Positions 37,859 to 47,095 of a stretch of DNA of 54,108 nucleotides are shown one piece after another; positions within the stretch are counted from its first letter, which is position 1, and every line of letters begins with the position of its first letter. This stretch comes from Candidatus Delongbacteria bacterium (lineage in GTDB: Bacteria > UBA4055), in the NCBI GenBank assembly GCA_016937995.1, contig JAFGVM010000016.1, positions 165,224 through 219,331 of the forward strand. The letters run 5' to 3'. A program made the position numbers and the translations under genes. Under the pieces are notes generated by a model. That model ran no database searches and was not told where the DNA came from. It worked only from the letters and a program-made list of their open reading frames with translations.

Positions 37859-38056
37859 ATGCCCAAGGTAAAAACACACAGAGCTGCAAGAAAGAGAATG
37901 AAGCTTACTTCAAAAGGAAAGGTTAAAAAACCTTCTGCTTTCACAAGCCATCTTCTCACAAACAGATCTTCAAAAAGAAAAAGAAGTCTTAGAAAACAAG
38001 GAATTCTGTCTAAAGCAGATACACCTAACATCAAAAGACTTCTGCAGGGAGTTTAA
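37859..38056 (+). CDS. rpmI: 50S ribosomal protein L35
   Basis: MPKVKTHRAARKR; lies between infC and rplT. Confidence 0.97.
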   Translation: MPKVKTHRAARKRMKLTSKGKVKKPSAFTSHLLTNRSSKRKRSLRKQGILSKADTPNIKRLLQGV

Positions 38057-38092
38057 TTCCGTCAAAAAAAAATGTAAACCAAGGAGTACACT

Positions 38093-38437
38093 ATGCCAAG
38101 AGCTAACACAAGAGTAGCCTCCCGTAACCGTAGAAAGAAAGTCTTAAAGGCTGCTAAAGGTTATTGGGGAAGACGAAGCAAGCTCATCGAGAATGCGCTT
38201 GATGCAACCAAAAAAGCGGGTATATACGCTTACAGGGACAGAAAAGTTAAAAAAAGAAAATTTAGAGAATTGTGGATAGTTAGGATCAACGCTGCAGCAA
38301 GACTTAACGGAATGAAATATTCTGAATTCATGCACAAATTATCTGAAAAAGAAATTAAGCTTGATAGAAAAGTTCTTGCCTATATGGCAGTTCATGATGC
38401 TGATGCGTTCAAAAACCTTGTTGAAAGTGTTAGATAA
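38093..38437 (+). CDS. rplT: 50S ribosomal protein L20
   Basis: AKGYWG, YAYRDRK..KR.FRELWIVRINAAAR, LDRKVLA. Confidence 0.98.
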   Translation: MPRANTRVASRNRRKKVLKAAKGYWGRRSKLIENALDATKKAGIYAYRDRKVKKRKFRELWIVRINAAARLNGMKYSEFMHKLSEKEIKLDRKVLAYMAVHDADAFKNLVESVR

Positions 38438-38440
38438 AGC

Positions 38441-38469
38441 AAAAGGCGGTCAATTGATCGCCTTTTTTT
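38441..38469 (+). terminator. Terminator of the thrS-rplT operon
   Basis: AAAAGGCGGTC...GATCGCCTTTTTTT. Confidence 0.85.
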
Positions 38470-38501
38470 ATTTCCTGTTTAGCCTACATAATTTTTTATT
38501 A

Positions 38502-38530
38502 TTGTATAAAATTGAATATATATGTATATT
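38502..38530 (+). promoter_or_regulatory. Promoter for the 38580 gene
   Basis: TTGTAT-N17-TATATT. Confidence 0.5.
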
Positions 38531-38579
38531 AGGGTCTAATCTACAGTAATAGATAATTAAAAATAAATGGAGTTTAATT

Positions 38580-40247
38580 ATGAAGAATGGTTTCATTTTA
38601 TTCTTTCTAATTTTTACAATGTTGCTCTCTGCCAAAATTGTTACAATTGAAGGTGAATATACTTACGCCTACAGCGATGATGAAACTTTAGTTCAGGCAA
38701 AGAAAAAGTGTTTGGACTTTGCCAAGAGAGATGCACTTGAGAAATTCGCTACTTATATTTCTAGTGAAAGTGTTTACAAGGATTACATGACCGAAAAGGA
38801 TGAAGTTGTAGCAAGATCTCTTGGAGTACTTAAGAATTTAGTTATTAATGAAGAAAATATTGACAAAGCGAACAGCACGATCTTTTATAAGGTAACTGCT
38901 GAAATTGATGAAGATGAAGTTCTCAAAAAACTGGAAAAGAAACAAGAAACAAATACAATGAACGTCAAGATAAAGGACTTTGTAAAGTCAGGTATGAATG
39001 CAGAAAGTCAGTTAAGGATCGGTGATGCATTGAAATACTATTACTGGGCTTTATTATTAGTGAAGAGCGAACCTAAAAGTGCAAGCCTAAAGTGTGAAGA
39101 ACTTGATGATAGACTTTTAACTATTTCATTGCCTGAAAAAATAAACTCCATCCTAACTTCACTTGAATTTACGTTCAAGGATGTTTCAGAAAGCAAAAAA
39201 TATAAATATCTTGGGTTTGAAATTAAATACAAAGGTGCTAAAGTAAATAACTTGCAACTGACATATTTTAATGGTGATGTATGGTCAAATCCTGTTAAAG
39301 TAAGAGACGGTGAAGGAAGTATAGAATTATTTGGAGATGCCGCTGAGTCAATAACCAAGCTCTCCTTACAAACAGACTATATGTATGAGGAGCAGTGTAA
39401 TTATGATCATAATGTCAAACAAGCTTTAAAGAAAGTATCACATATTCCATTTTCTTCAGCTAAATTCAAGGTTAAAATACCTAAAGCAAAGAAAGATGTC
39501 GTTCAGGAACCGGTTATTCAGAAACCTATTCCTGTTGTTGAAGAAACTGTTGAAAAGCCTGTAGAAAATAAGGTTGAAAAACCTGTTGTCATTGAGCACA
39601 TTACACCTGTAAAAAAAGACAACAGTATGCTGGCTCAACATTATAACAATAACGAAAACGATCAAATTGTCAAAAAATCCTTTTTCGGATTTAAGGGCGG
39701 ACTTAATACTGCTATTTTCTCTGGTGATGATGTTATGGATGGACTTGAAAGCCAGGAATTTTTCAACATTGGTATGTTCTCAGTAACAAATATAAATAAA
39801 AATATTGCTTTCCAGATCGAATTAAACTATTCTCAAAAAGGTGCTTATGCAGAAGACTGGGATTATTATACAGGCCTGTGGACTGAGAATAACTGGCTTT
39901 ATGATTATATGGAATTACCAATGATATTAAAGATTTCTATGCCGATCAATAATTCCTCACCGAATTTTTACTTAGGTTTTTCTTACGGTGTTTTAATTTC
40001 TGCAACTTATGACTGGACAGATGAATGGGGTGATTCAGGAGAAATAGATATGTCTGATGTTGTAAACAGTTCAGAAGCCTCATTTATTATTGGAGGTGGA
40101 CTTGATTATGTTCTAAATCAGAAGACCTTGTTATTAATTGACTTAAGGTATACTGTCGGTATTACACCAATATATAATGAAGATGAAGTTGGAGAGTTGG
40201 ATATGCAAAACAGTGTCTTTTCTGTCAATTTTGGAATAGGTTTTTAA
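38580..40247 (+). CDS. Secreted protein: soluble N-terminal region, Pro/Val/Glu linker and C-terminal PorT-like outer-membrane beta-barrel
   Basis: Signal peptide; barrel motifs FGFKGGLN...FQIELNYSQKG...YMELPMILK...IDLRYTVG...FSVNFGIGF. Confidence 0.75.
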   Translation: MKNGFILFFLIFTMLLSAKIVTIEGEYTYAYSDDETLVQAKKKCLDFAKRDALEKFATYISSESVYKDYMTEKDEVVARSLGVLKNLVINEENIDKANSTIFYKVTAEIDEDEVLKKLEKKQETNTMNVKIKDFVKSGMNAESQLRIGDALKYYYWALLLVKSEPKSASLKCEELDDRLLTISLPEKINSILTSLEFTFKDVSESKKYKYLGFEIKYKGAKVNNLQLTYFNGDVWSNPVKVRDGEGSIELFGDAAESITKLSLQTDYMYEEQCNYDHNVKQALKKVSHIPFSSAKFKVKIPKAKKDVVQEPVIQKPIPVVEETVEKPVENKVEKPVVIEHITPVKKDNSMLAQHYNNNENDQIVKKSFFGFKGGLNTAIFSGDDVMDGLESQEFFNIGMFSVTNINKNIAFQIELNYSQKGAYAEDWDYYTGLWTENNWLYDYMELPMILKISMPINNSSPNFYLGFSYGVLISATYDWTDEWGDSGEIDMSDVVNSSEASFIIGGGLDYVLNQKTLLLIDLRYTVGITPIYNEDEVGELDMQNSVFSVNFGIGF

Positions 40248-40253
40248 TATTCT

Positions 40254-40280
40254 AAAAAGCGGTCATTGACCGCTTTTTTT
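40254..40280 (+). terminator. Intrinsic terminator
   Basis: AAAAAGCGGTCA-t-TGACCGCTTTTTT. Confidence 0.8.
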
Positions 40281-40302
40281 ATATAATTTAATAGGAGCTA
40301 AT

Positions 40303-40953
40303 ATGAAGAAGATAGCTATGATCGTAACCTTTCTATTACTCGGTTATTCATTTGCTGAAATGGTAATAACAAAAACCGACGGATCAAAAATGAGCGTTGA
40401 TATTAATAAAGAAGATATTATCGCCATAGAATTTTTATCTGATATAACACTGTTAGAAAATCAGAAATTGATACTGAATGATACATTTGACAATGGAAGT
40501 TTTGAAAATTGGAGTGGTAGTTCGTCAAATAAAGGAATTACTGACGGGATAGTACATTTTAGCTGCACTAATCACACTACTTTTCAATTGAATAAAAAGA
40601 TACCTTCAGAAAATGTGATCGTTGAATGGTACGGTGCTGCAGATAAAAACGGTTTTCACGGTAGTCTGGGTCCATACGAATTCAATATAGGGGGATGGAA
40701 TAATTCAGCATCTGGATATTCCGGTCCGGATTTTCCTTTCAAAAAAATTATAACAGGAAAAGTATATGAGCCAAATAAATTTCAGATCTATAAACTCGAA
40801 AGAATAGGAAATAAAATAAAAGCAACAGTAGATGACCGTGTTATTTTTGATGAAATATTAACTGTAAAAAATAAAGATCCTGAAGGAATATTTAAATTTA
40901 ATACATACTACGGAACATTAAAGGTTGACTGGATTAAAATATATAGACCATGA
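40303..40953 (+). CDS. Secreted hypothetical protein, probable concanavalin-A-like beta-sandwich
   Basis: AGGAG RBS, signal peptide, DTFDNGSFENW start and LKVDWIKIY end typical of lectin/glucanase folds. Confidence 0.65.
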   Translation: MKKIAMIVTFLLLGYSFAEMVITKTDGSKMSVDINKEDIIAIEFLSDITLLENQKLILNDTFDNGSFENWSGSSSNKGITDGIVHFSCTNHTTFQLNKKIPSENVIVEWYGAADKNGFHGSLGPYEFNIGGWNNSASGYSGPDFPFKKIITGKVYEPNKFQIYKLERIGNKIKATVDDRVIFDEILTVKNKDPEGIFKFNTYYGTLKVDWIKIYRP

Positions 40954-40979
40954 TCTGGAATTGTACAAAATAAATGTAT

Positions 40980-41008
40980 AAAAAAAGACCGGTTAACCGG
41001 TCTTTTTT
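40980..41008. terminator. Bidirectional terminator
   Basis: AAAAAAGACCGG-ttaa-CCGGTCTTTTTT between convergent genes. Confidence 0.85.
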
Positions 41009-41028
41009 ATAAACTAGCACTTAATTAA

Positions 41029-41577
41029 CTATTCATCCAATTCTTCGATCTCACCGTCAATTTCTTCTTCAACAGGTTCTTCTTTGACAGCAGGTTCAGC
41101 AACAGCTTCATCAATAACAGGTTGCTTTTCACCTGCTTCATCAACAACTTCCAAAGTAATGAATGTTTCTTCTTCTGAAGCTGATTTATAAGGTATTTTA
41201 AAATTACCTAAATGTTTGATGTTCTCTTCAAGATGTATCTTTTTCTTATCCAGATCAATACCCTTGTTTTTTAGTTCATCAGCGATATGCTGTGATGTCA
41301 CAGAACCGAACAGTTTTCCATCTTCTCCTACTTTCATAGCAATAGTTACAACTTGCTTATCAAGTAAAGATTTAAGGAATTCAGCAGATTTTTTGATCTG
41401 TATCTCTTTGTATTTCTTTGATTTAGTAGATTCATTATACATTCTCATGTATGCATCAGTAGCAGGATATGCCATACCTTTAGGTATCAGGAAATTTCTT
41501 CCGTAACCATCTTTGACCTTAACGATCTCTCCTGCTTTTCCGACTCTGTTTAAGTCTTGTCTTAATATAATTAACAT
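41029..41577 (-). CDS. rplI: 50S ribosomal protein L9 with acidic C-terminal extension
   Basis: GKAGEIVKVKDGYGRNFLIPKG; GKLFGSVT. Confidence 0.97.
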   Translation of the reverse strand: MLIILRQDLNRVGKAGEIVKVKDGYGRNFLIPKGMAYPATDAYMRMYNESTKSKKYKEIQIKKSAEFLKSLLDKQVVTIAMKVGEDGKLFGSVTSQHIADELKNKGIDLDKKKIHLEENIKHLGNFKIPYKSASEEETFITLEVVDEAGEKQPVIDEAVAEPAVKEEPVEEEIDGEIEELDE

Positions 41578-41588
41578 TTTATACTCCT

Positions 41589-41819
41589 TTATCTTGCAGT
41601 GTTATCAACGAAAGGTAGAATAGCTAGAATTCTTGCTCTCTTGATAGCTGTCGTTAGTAATCTTTGATGTTTAGCACATACTCCTGAAGTTCTTCTTGGA
41701 ATTATCTTTCCCTGTTCAGTAGTGAACTTTGTTAATTTCTTATCGTCTTTATAATCAATATACACAACGTTCTCTTCACAGAATCTGCATATTCTTTTTT
41801 TTCTCTCTTTTATCATCAT
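41589..41819 (-). CDS. rpsR: 30S ribosomal protein S18 (zinc-binding form)
   Basis: [32 protein letters not shown]. Confidence 0.98.
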   Translation of the reverse strand: MMIKERKKRICRFCEENVVYIDYKDDKKLTKFTTEQGKIIPRRTSGVCAKHQRLLTTAIKRARILAILPFVDNTAR

Positions 41820-41837
41820 TTAATCCTGTAGTTAAAT

Positions 41838-42206
41838 TTAATCTTTATCTTCTCTGTCTTCATTTCTTTTTGCTGAAAGATCAATTGGAGCTAACTTGTC
41901 AAGTTCTTCCTGCTTCATGGCTCTTTTGTCAGTAACAATGGTCATAAAACGCAAGATATCAGCGTTAAGATTAAAATCTCTTTCAATCACTTTCGGGATC
42001 TCACTGCCGGCATTGTATTTGTAGTGAGTATAATAGCCTGTCGGCTTTTTTTTGATCGGATAAGCTAGTCTTTTCTTACCCCAATTTTCAATTTCAATTA
42101 TCTCTCCGTCTGATTTGATCATTTCCTCATACTTAGAGACAATCTCGTCGATCTTAGGTTGATCGAGAGCAGGATCGATGATGATCGTTGTTTCATACCT
42201 TCTCAT
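41838..42206 (-). CDS. rpsF: 30S ribosomal protein S6
   Basis: MRRYET, WGKKRLAYPIKK, ILRF. Confidence 0.97.
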   Translation of the reverse strand: MRRYETTIIIDPALDQPKIDEIVSKYEEMIKSDGEIIEIENWGKKRLAYPIKKKPTGYYTHYKYNAGSEIPKVIERDFNLNADILRFMTIVTDKRAMKQEELDKLAPIDLSAKRNEDREDKD

Positions 42207-42211
42207 TTTTT

Positions 42212-42268
42212 CTCCTTTTGGACTGTTTAAGGCTGAAAATCTAAGATTCCCAGCAAGAATTTGTACGC
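42212..42268 (-). ncRNA. Putative S6:S18 ribosomal protein leader
   Basis: TTCTT can pair with AAGGA of the Shine-Dalgarno, enclosing the hairpin GCTGGGAATC-tta-GATTTTCAGC and an unpaired CC. Confidence 0.55.
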
Positions 42269-42270
42269 CA

Positions 42271-42299
42271 AATGTAATCTATTTTTTATTTTATGTCAA
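42271..42299 (-). promoter_or_regulatory. rpsF operon promoter
   Basis: Minus strand TTGACA-N17-TACATT. Confidence 0.7.
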
Positions 42300-42316
42300 T
42301 ATTTTTATTAATATTC

Positions 42317-44476
42317 TTATAGCAGTGGTGCAATTACAAGCGCAACTACTGATGTAAGTTTTAATAATATGTTCAAAGATGGTCCGGATGTATCTTTAAA
42401 TGGATCACCTACAGTATCACCGACTACAGAAGCTTTATGTGCTGCTCCACCCTTTTCGTATTTGAAATCATCTATTGTAATTCCGCCCTCGATCTGTTTC
42501 TTTGCATTATCCCAGGCTCCACCGGTGTTAGATTGAAATATTGCTAGCAGAACTCCGCTTGAAGTAATACCTGCTAACAGTCCACCAAGCATTTCCGCTC
42601 CAAAAACAAACCCTACAAATACAACTGATGCTATTGCAAGTACACCAGGTAAGATCATACCTCTCATCGCAGCGTGAGTTGAAATTTTAATACAGGTTTC
42701 ATAGTCAGCTTTACCATCCGCTTCTTCGAAAGTGACCAGTTCGGCACCTTCGATCTTTGATTCATCTCCATTGTATTTTTTCATAAGAAGCAGAGCTGCT
42801 TTTAATTCAGGAATATCCTTAAACTGCCTTCTTACTTCCTCGACCATTGCCATAGCTGCAGAACCAACTGCCTTCATTGCAAAAGATGAAAATAAGAACG
42901 GAAGCATTGCTCCAACAAAAAGACCTGCCATCACTCTAGGATTGGCTATGTCGATCGAGTGTAATCCCGCCTGTTGCATATATGCAGCAAATAAAGCTAG
43001 AGCTGTTAAAGCAGCGGAAGCTATTGCAAATCCTTTACCAATCGCTGCTGTTGTGTTACCTACTGCATCAAGTTTATCAGTTCTTTCACGTACTTCTTTC
43101 GGCTGCTGTGACATTTCAGCTATACCACCTGCATTGTCAGAAATAGGGCCATATGCATCGACCGCTAATTGAATACCTGTGTTTGCAAGCATACCAAGTG
43201 CTGCTATTGCGATACCGTATAATCCGGCAAATTGATATGCTCCCATTATCGCTCCTGCAATAAGAATAACCGGAACAGCTGTAGATTCAAATCCAACACC
43301 TATACCTGCAATAATGTTGGTTGCTGATCCTGTTTTTGACTGAGCAACTATTGACAACACCGGTTTACCGCATAATCTTGTATAGTACTCAGTAGATAAT
43401 CCTACTAAAAGTCCAGCTACAAGACCGATAATTGTTGCATAGAACACTCCCATTGCTGTAAAAGTTATGCCATTGTATACCCAACTTACTGGAAGGAATT
43501 TGTTGATAATAAAGTAAAATGCCACTATCATGATAGCGGATGATCCAAATTCTCCGATATTTAAAGCTGTTTGTGGATTTCCACCCTCTTTTACTCTTAC
43601 CATGAAAGTACCAAGGATCGATACAATAATACCTACCGCAGCAAGTATTAAAGGTAGAACAACAGCAGCCATAGGATTTTCTTTAAAAGCATCAAGCTTG
43701 AAGAATGCTAGTCCAAGAACCATTGATCCTATGATCGATCCTACATATGATTCGAACAGATCCGCACCCATTCCGGCAACATCGCCAACATTGTCACCAA
43801 CGTTATCTGCGATAGTAGCAGGATTTAAAGGATGATCTTCCGGTATACCAGCTTCAACTTTTCCTACAAGATCTGCACCCACATCTGCAGCTTTAGTATA
43901 AATACCTCCGCCTACTCTTGCAAAAAGAGCTATAGAAGACGCTCCTAGAGAAAAACCTGTGATAACGTTTATGATCTTTTGGGCATCAAGAAGTTCTTCC
44001 CATCCCCATAGATTGCCGTATATTAAGTATAGAGCACCTAAACCGAACACACCTAGACCTACTACTGATAATCCCATAACAGAACCACCTGTAAAGGCAA
44101 TTGACAGTGCTTTTTCCAATCCGGTTATCGCAGCCTGGGTTGTTCTGTAGTTAGCTTTGGTGGCAACTTTCATTCCAATATATCCGGCCAATGCTGAACT
44201 TACTGCACCAAGTATGAAAGATATTGCCACTAGAGCACTACTGTCTTCTTTGCCTGTGTTTACCCAGGCTAATAGTGCGGCAACTACAATAACAAAATAA
44301 GCTAAAACAGAGTATTCTGTTTTTAGAAAAGCCATTGCTCCTTTGTTGATCGCTGCTCCAATTTTTTGCATTTTCACAGAACCCTTGTCCTGTTTCTCGA
44401 TCCAGAAAGACCTGTAAAAAGCAAACGCTAGTCCAAATAATCCGAGGATAGGTATCCAATACTTGATGTCAGTCAT
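42317..44476 (-). CDS. hppA: Membrane-integral pyrophosphatase, K+-dependent, probably Na+-translocating
   Basis: [65 protein letters not shown]. Confidence 0.96.
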   Translation of the reverse strand: MTDIKYWIPILGLFGLAFAFYRSFWIEKQDKGSVKMQKIGAAINKGAMAFLKTEYSVLAYFVIVVAALLAWVNTGKEDSSALVAISFILGAVSSALAGYIGMKVATKANYRTTQAAITGLEKALSIAFTGGSVMGLSVVGLGVFGLGALYLIYGNLWGWEELLDAQKIINVITGFSLGASSIALFARVGGGIYTKAADVGADLVGKVEAGIPEDHPLNPATIADNVGDNVGDVAGMGADLFESYVGSIIGSMVLGLAFFKLDAFKENPMAAVVLPLILAAVGIIVSILGTFMVRVKEGGNPQTALNIGEFGSSAIMIVAFYFIINKFLPVSWVYNGITFTAMGVFYATIIGLVAGLLVGLSTEYYTRLCGKPVLSIVAQSKTGSATNIIAGIGVGFESTAVPVILIAGAIMGAYQFAGLYGIAIAALGMLANTGIQLAVDAYGPISDNAGGIAEMSQQPKEVRERTDKLDAVGNTTAAIGKGFAIASAALTALALFAAYMQQAGLHSIDIANPRVMAGLFVGAMLPFLFSSFAMKAVGSAAMAMVEEVRRQFKDIPELKAALLLMKKYNGDESKIEGAELVTFEEADGKADYETCIKISTHAAMRGMILPGVLAIASVVFVGFVFGAEMLGGLLAGITSSGVLLAIFQSNTGGAWDNAKKQIEGGITIDDFKYEKGGAAHKASVVGDTVGDPFKDTSGPSLNILLKLTSVVALVIAPLL

Positions 44477-44495
44477 AGTTTCACCTATTTTTTAT

Positions 44496-45092
44496 TTAAT
44501 TATTTTCAATTTTCCCGTTAAAAATATTCATTGATCTGTCAATTCCGTCACTTATCATCAATTCAATTGCACTTACTGATCTTTCAAGAATATCATTCAT
44601 ATCTTCTCTGATCTTTTCTGGTATCACACTGAGAACCAAGTCCGGCAATACATCAGGATTTTTCTCTAGTATTCCCGCAATAATATCTGTTCTAAAGCCT
44701 ATTCTAAGTCTTGGAAATTCTATAGTGTCCAGAGAATTAATAATGGATTTTATACCATTATGTCCCCCTGCAGTTCCAGACTTTCTTAATCTTATTGTGT
44801 TCATAGCTAGATTAATGTCATCATATACCACAAGAAGATCATCTATTCCGGCACCATAATATTCAAGCACCTCTTTTACTGCGATACCTGACAAATTCAT
44901 ATACGTTACAGGTTTCACAATAACAACTTTCTTAAAATTAACAAAGCCGGTAGCGGAATAATATTTCCCTTTGCCGGCTTTAAAATTTAAATCATGTTTT
45001 ATTGCAAATCTATCTACAGCCATGAACCCCAGATTATGCCAAGTATTTGAATACTTCGCACCGGGATTTCCTAATCCGATTATAATTTGCAT
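44496..45092 (-). CDS. pth: Peptidyl-tRNA hydrolase
   Basis: GLGNPG..Y..T.HN.GF, KP.TYMNLSG, GGHNGIKS. Confidence 0.96.
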   Translation of the reverse strand: MQIIIGLGNPGAKYSNTWHNLGFMAVDRFAIKHDLNFKAGKGKYYSATGFVNFKKVVIVKPVTYMNLSGIAVKEVLEYYGAGIDDLLVVYDDINLAMNTIRLRKSGTAGGHNGIKSIINSLDTIEFPRLRIGFRTDIIAGILEKNPDVLPDLVLSVIPEKIREDMNDILERSVSAIELMISDGIDRSMNIFNGKIENN

Positions 45093-45133
45093 AGTACTTC
45101 TTATTTCAATGTTCGATAACAGAAGAAATTATA

Positions 45134-45796
45134 CTACTCGCTTTTTTCTTCTCCACCATCAGTTTCAGAATCGCCTTCAGCTCCTTCTTCAACCTCTTCG
45201 CCTTCAGCTCCTTCTTCTCCTTCTTCTTCTTCACCTGCTGCGACAGCTGCTCTAGTTAATGAAACACCACACAACAACATGCTTCCAGGAGAAACAACTG
45301 TAACGTTTTCTCTAACTACATCAGAAGCATGAACAGTATGTGTTAATTTCAATCCTGTAACATCGATCACAATTTCATCAGGAACATTTTTAGGAAGAGC
45401 AGAAATCATAAGATATCTTGAGTTTATGATCAATACACCACCTTGATTCTTAACTCCCTCAGCCACACCTTCGTATCTTAAAGGTATCTGTAATTTTGTC
45501 TCTTTTCCAGGTGTTAAACCAACGACATCAGCATGAACAAGAGCCCAAGTCACTGGATGACGTTGAACCTCTCTTAGAATGACCATGTGATCTTCACCGT
45601 CGATTTCTAAAGTGTGAACTTTTTTACCTGATTTAATAGCTTTGTTTAATTCTTTCTCGTTTAGAAAAAAAGTTTTGTTTTCCTTAATTTCCGGACCGTA
45701 AAGGTTCGCAGGGATCAATCCTTTTTTTCTTTCATTTTTCAGTTCAACCTTTCCGGTTACTTTTCTGACCAGTCCGATCAATTTGCTTTCAGCCAT
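45134..45796 (-). CDS. rplY: 50S ribosomal protein L25/Ctc
   Basis: IPANLYG, REVQRHPV...HAD, GVKNQGG, acidic tail. Confidence 0.93.
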   Translation of the reverse strand: MAESKLIGLVRKVTGKVELKNERKKGLIPANLYGPEIKENKTFFLNEKELNKAIKSGKKVHTLEIDGEDHMVILREVQRHPVTWALVHADVVGLTPGKETKLQIPLRYEGVAEGVKNQGGVLIINSRYLMISALPKNVPDEIVIDVTGLKLTHTVHASDVVRENVTVVSPGSMLLCGVSLTRAAVAAGEEEEGEEGAEGEEVEEGAEGDSETDGGEEKSE

Positions 45797-45874
45797 CTTA
45801 ATCTACCTCTATCTTAATTCTATTATTTATAAATAAAACAAGAGCCTTTGTTTTAAGACTCTCGATCATATTAG

Positions 45875-45946
45875 CAGGGGTAGCAGGATTCGAACCTACG
45901 CATGTCGAGACCAAAACCCGATGCCTTACCGCTTGGCTATACCCCT
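45875..45946 (-). tRNA. tRNA-Gln (TTG), CCA not encoded
   Basis: Minus strand AGGGGTATAGCCAAGCGGTAAGGCATCGGGTTTTGGTCTCGACATGCGTAGGTTCGAATCCTGCTACCCCTG. Confidence 0.95.
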
Positions 45947-45956
45947 AGCACAAAAC

Positions 45957-46253
45957 TTATTCAGCTTCCACTGATTCGTTTACTTGATTTGACACTTCTT
46001 CAGCATATTTATCAAGGATCTCTTTTTCAAGCCTTATTCTGAAATCATCTACAATTGGATGAGCAATATCTTTGTAGCTTCCATCAGGTAATTTTCTACT
46101 TGGCATACATACGAACAATCCGTCTTTACCGTTAATTACTTTAAGTCCTCTTACGATAAACACATCATCAAATGTAACATGTACAAATGCCTTAAGCTTC
46201 TCTTCGTTTCTTAAATTAATTCTGATCTCGGTTAATTCCACTCTATCCTCCAC
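45957..46253 (-). CDS. spoVG: SpoVG family nucleic-acid-binding protein
   Basis: LKAFVHVTFDDVFIVRGLKVING..GLFVCMPSRK...YKDIAHPI. Confidence 0.95.
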   Translation of the reverse strand: MEDRVELTEIRINLRNEEKLKAFVHVTFDDVFIVRGLKVINGKDGLFVCMPSRKLPDGSYKDIAHPIVDDFRIRLEKEILDKYAEEVSNQVNESVEAE

Positions 46254-47095
46254 TATACTTTAACGGCTTTTACAAAGTAATTCTGATCTATAAGGTTTTT
46301 TGCATTTTTCAGTTTTAATTCATCTCTGAAAAAACCAAAAACCGATGAGCCACTGCCTGACATTGCTGCAAATTCAGCACCTTTGTTAAGCAAAGCATTC
46401 TTAATCGTTTCTATTTCAGCATGTTCTTTGAACACGTAACTCTCGAAGTCGTTGATAAATTCATCATATTTCAGATGAACATCACTGCTTGATTTCAAGG
46501 CAAGGGCAAATATACCATTTTGAGAATTTTTTGTCAAGTTCAAATTTAAATTTCTATAGGCTTCTGATGTATCCACATGAATGTTGGGATATACTAAAAG
46601 TATATAGCCATCTGTCAAAACCGGGTTTATCGAAGTGAGTTTTTCTCCTATGCCGGTTGCCGCTGCACAACCACCTTTAATGAAAAATGGTACATCTGCC
46701 CCAAGCTTAATACCTAATAATTCCAATTTCTCTTCCGTTAAATTCAAACCCCATAGATCGTTCAGGGCTTTTAAAACTGTTGCAGCATCTGAAGATCCTC
46801 CGCCAAGACCGGCTCCGATTGGAATATTCTTCATTAAAAGTATATTACATCCATATGTAATATTAAACTCATTTTTTAATATCTCAGCAGCTTTTATACA
46901 AATATTTTTACCTTCCGGAATAAAAATCCCTGTACTCTCAAAATTGATATTTCCATTTGAATTTGAATTTATTTCGATTTCATCATAGAGAGGGATCTCC
47001 TGAAAGATGGTTTCAAGTTCATGATAACCATTTGGCAATTTACCGGTGATTCTCAGATGGATATTTATCTTGCAATTAGCGTTGTATAAAGGCAT
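46253..47095 (-). CDS. ispE: 4-diphosphocytidyl-2-C-methyl-D-erythritol kinase
   Basis: KINIHL...GYHELET, KNIPIGAGLGGGSSDAA, LGADVPFF, MSGSGS. Confidence 0.97.
   Translation of the reverse strand: MPLYNANCKINIHLRITGKLPNGYHELETIFQEIPLYDEIEINSNSNGNINFESTGIFIPEGKNICIKAAEILKNEFNITYGCNILLMKNIPIGAGLGGGSSDAATVLKALNDLWGLNLTEEKLELLGIKLGADVPFFIKGGCAAATGIGEKLTSINPVLTDGYILLVYPNIHVDTSEAYRNLNLNLTKNSQNGIFALALKSSSDVHLKYDEFINDFESYVFKEHAEIETIKNALLNKGAEFAAMSGSGSSVFGFFRDELKLKNAKNLIDQNYFVKAVKV
46509..46537 (-). promoter_or_regulatory. Internal promoter within ispE
   Basis: Minus strand TTGACA-N17-TATATT. Confidence 0.6.

Noticed and set aside
42732-44150. Plus-strand ORFs of 63-146 aa within hppA, and similar short ORFs opposite ribD, uvrA, asmA, the ABC transporter, thrS, rplI and ispE
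   Set aside because: Antisense or out-of-frame shadows of well-supported genes, with no RBS or motifs.
45160-45240. Tandem repeat CGCCTTCAGCTCCTTCTTC
   Set aside because: It encodes the ordinary acidic EEGAEG tail of L25/Ctc.
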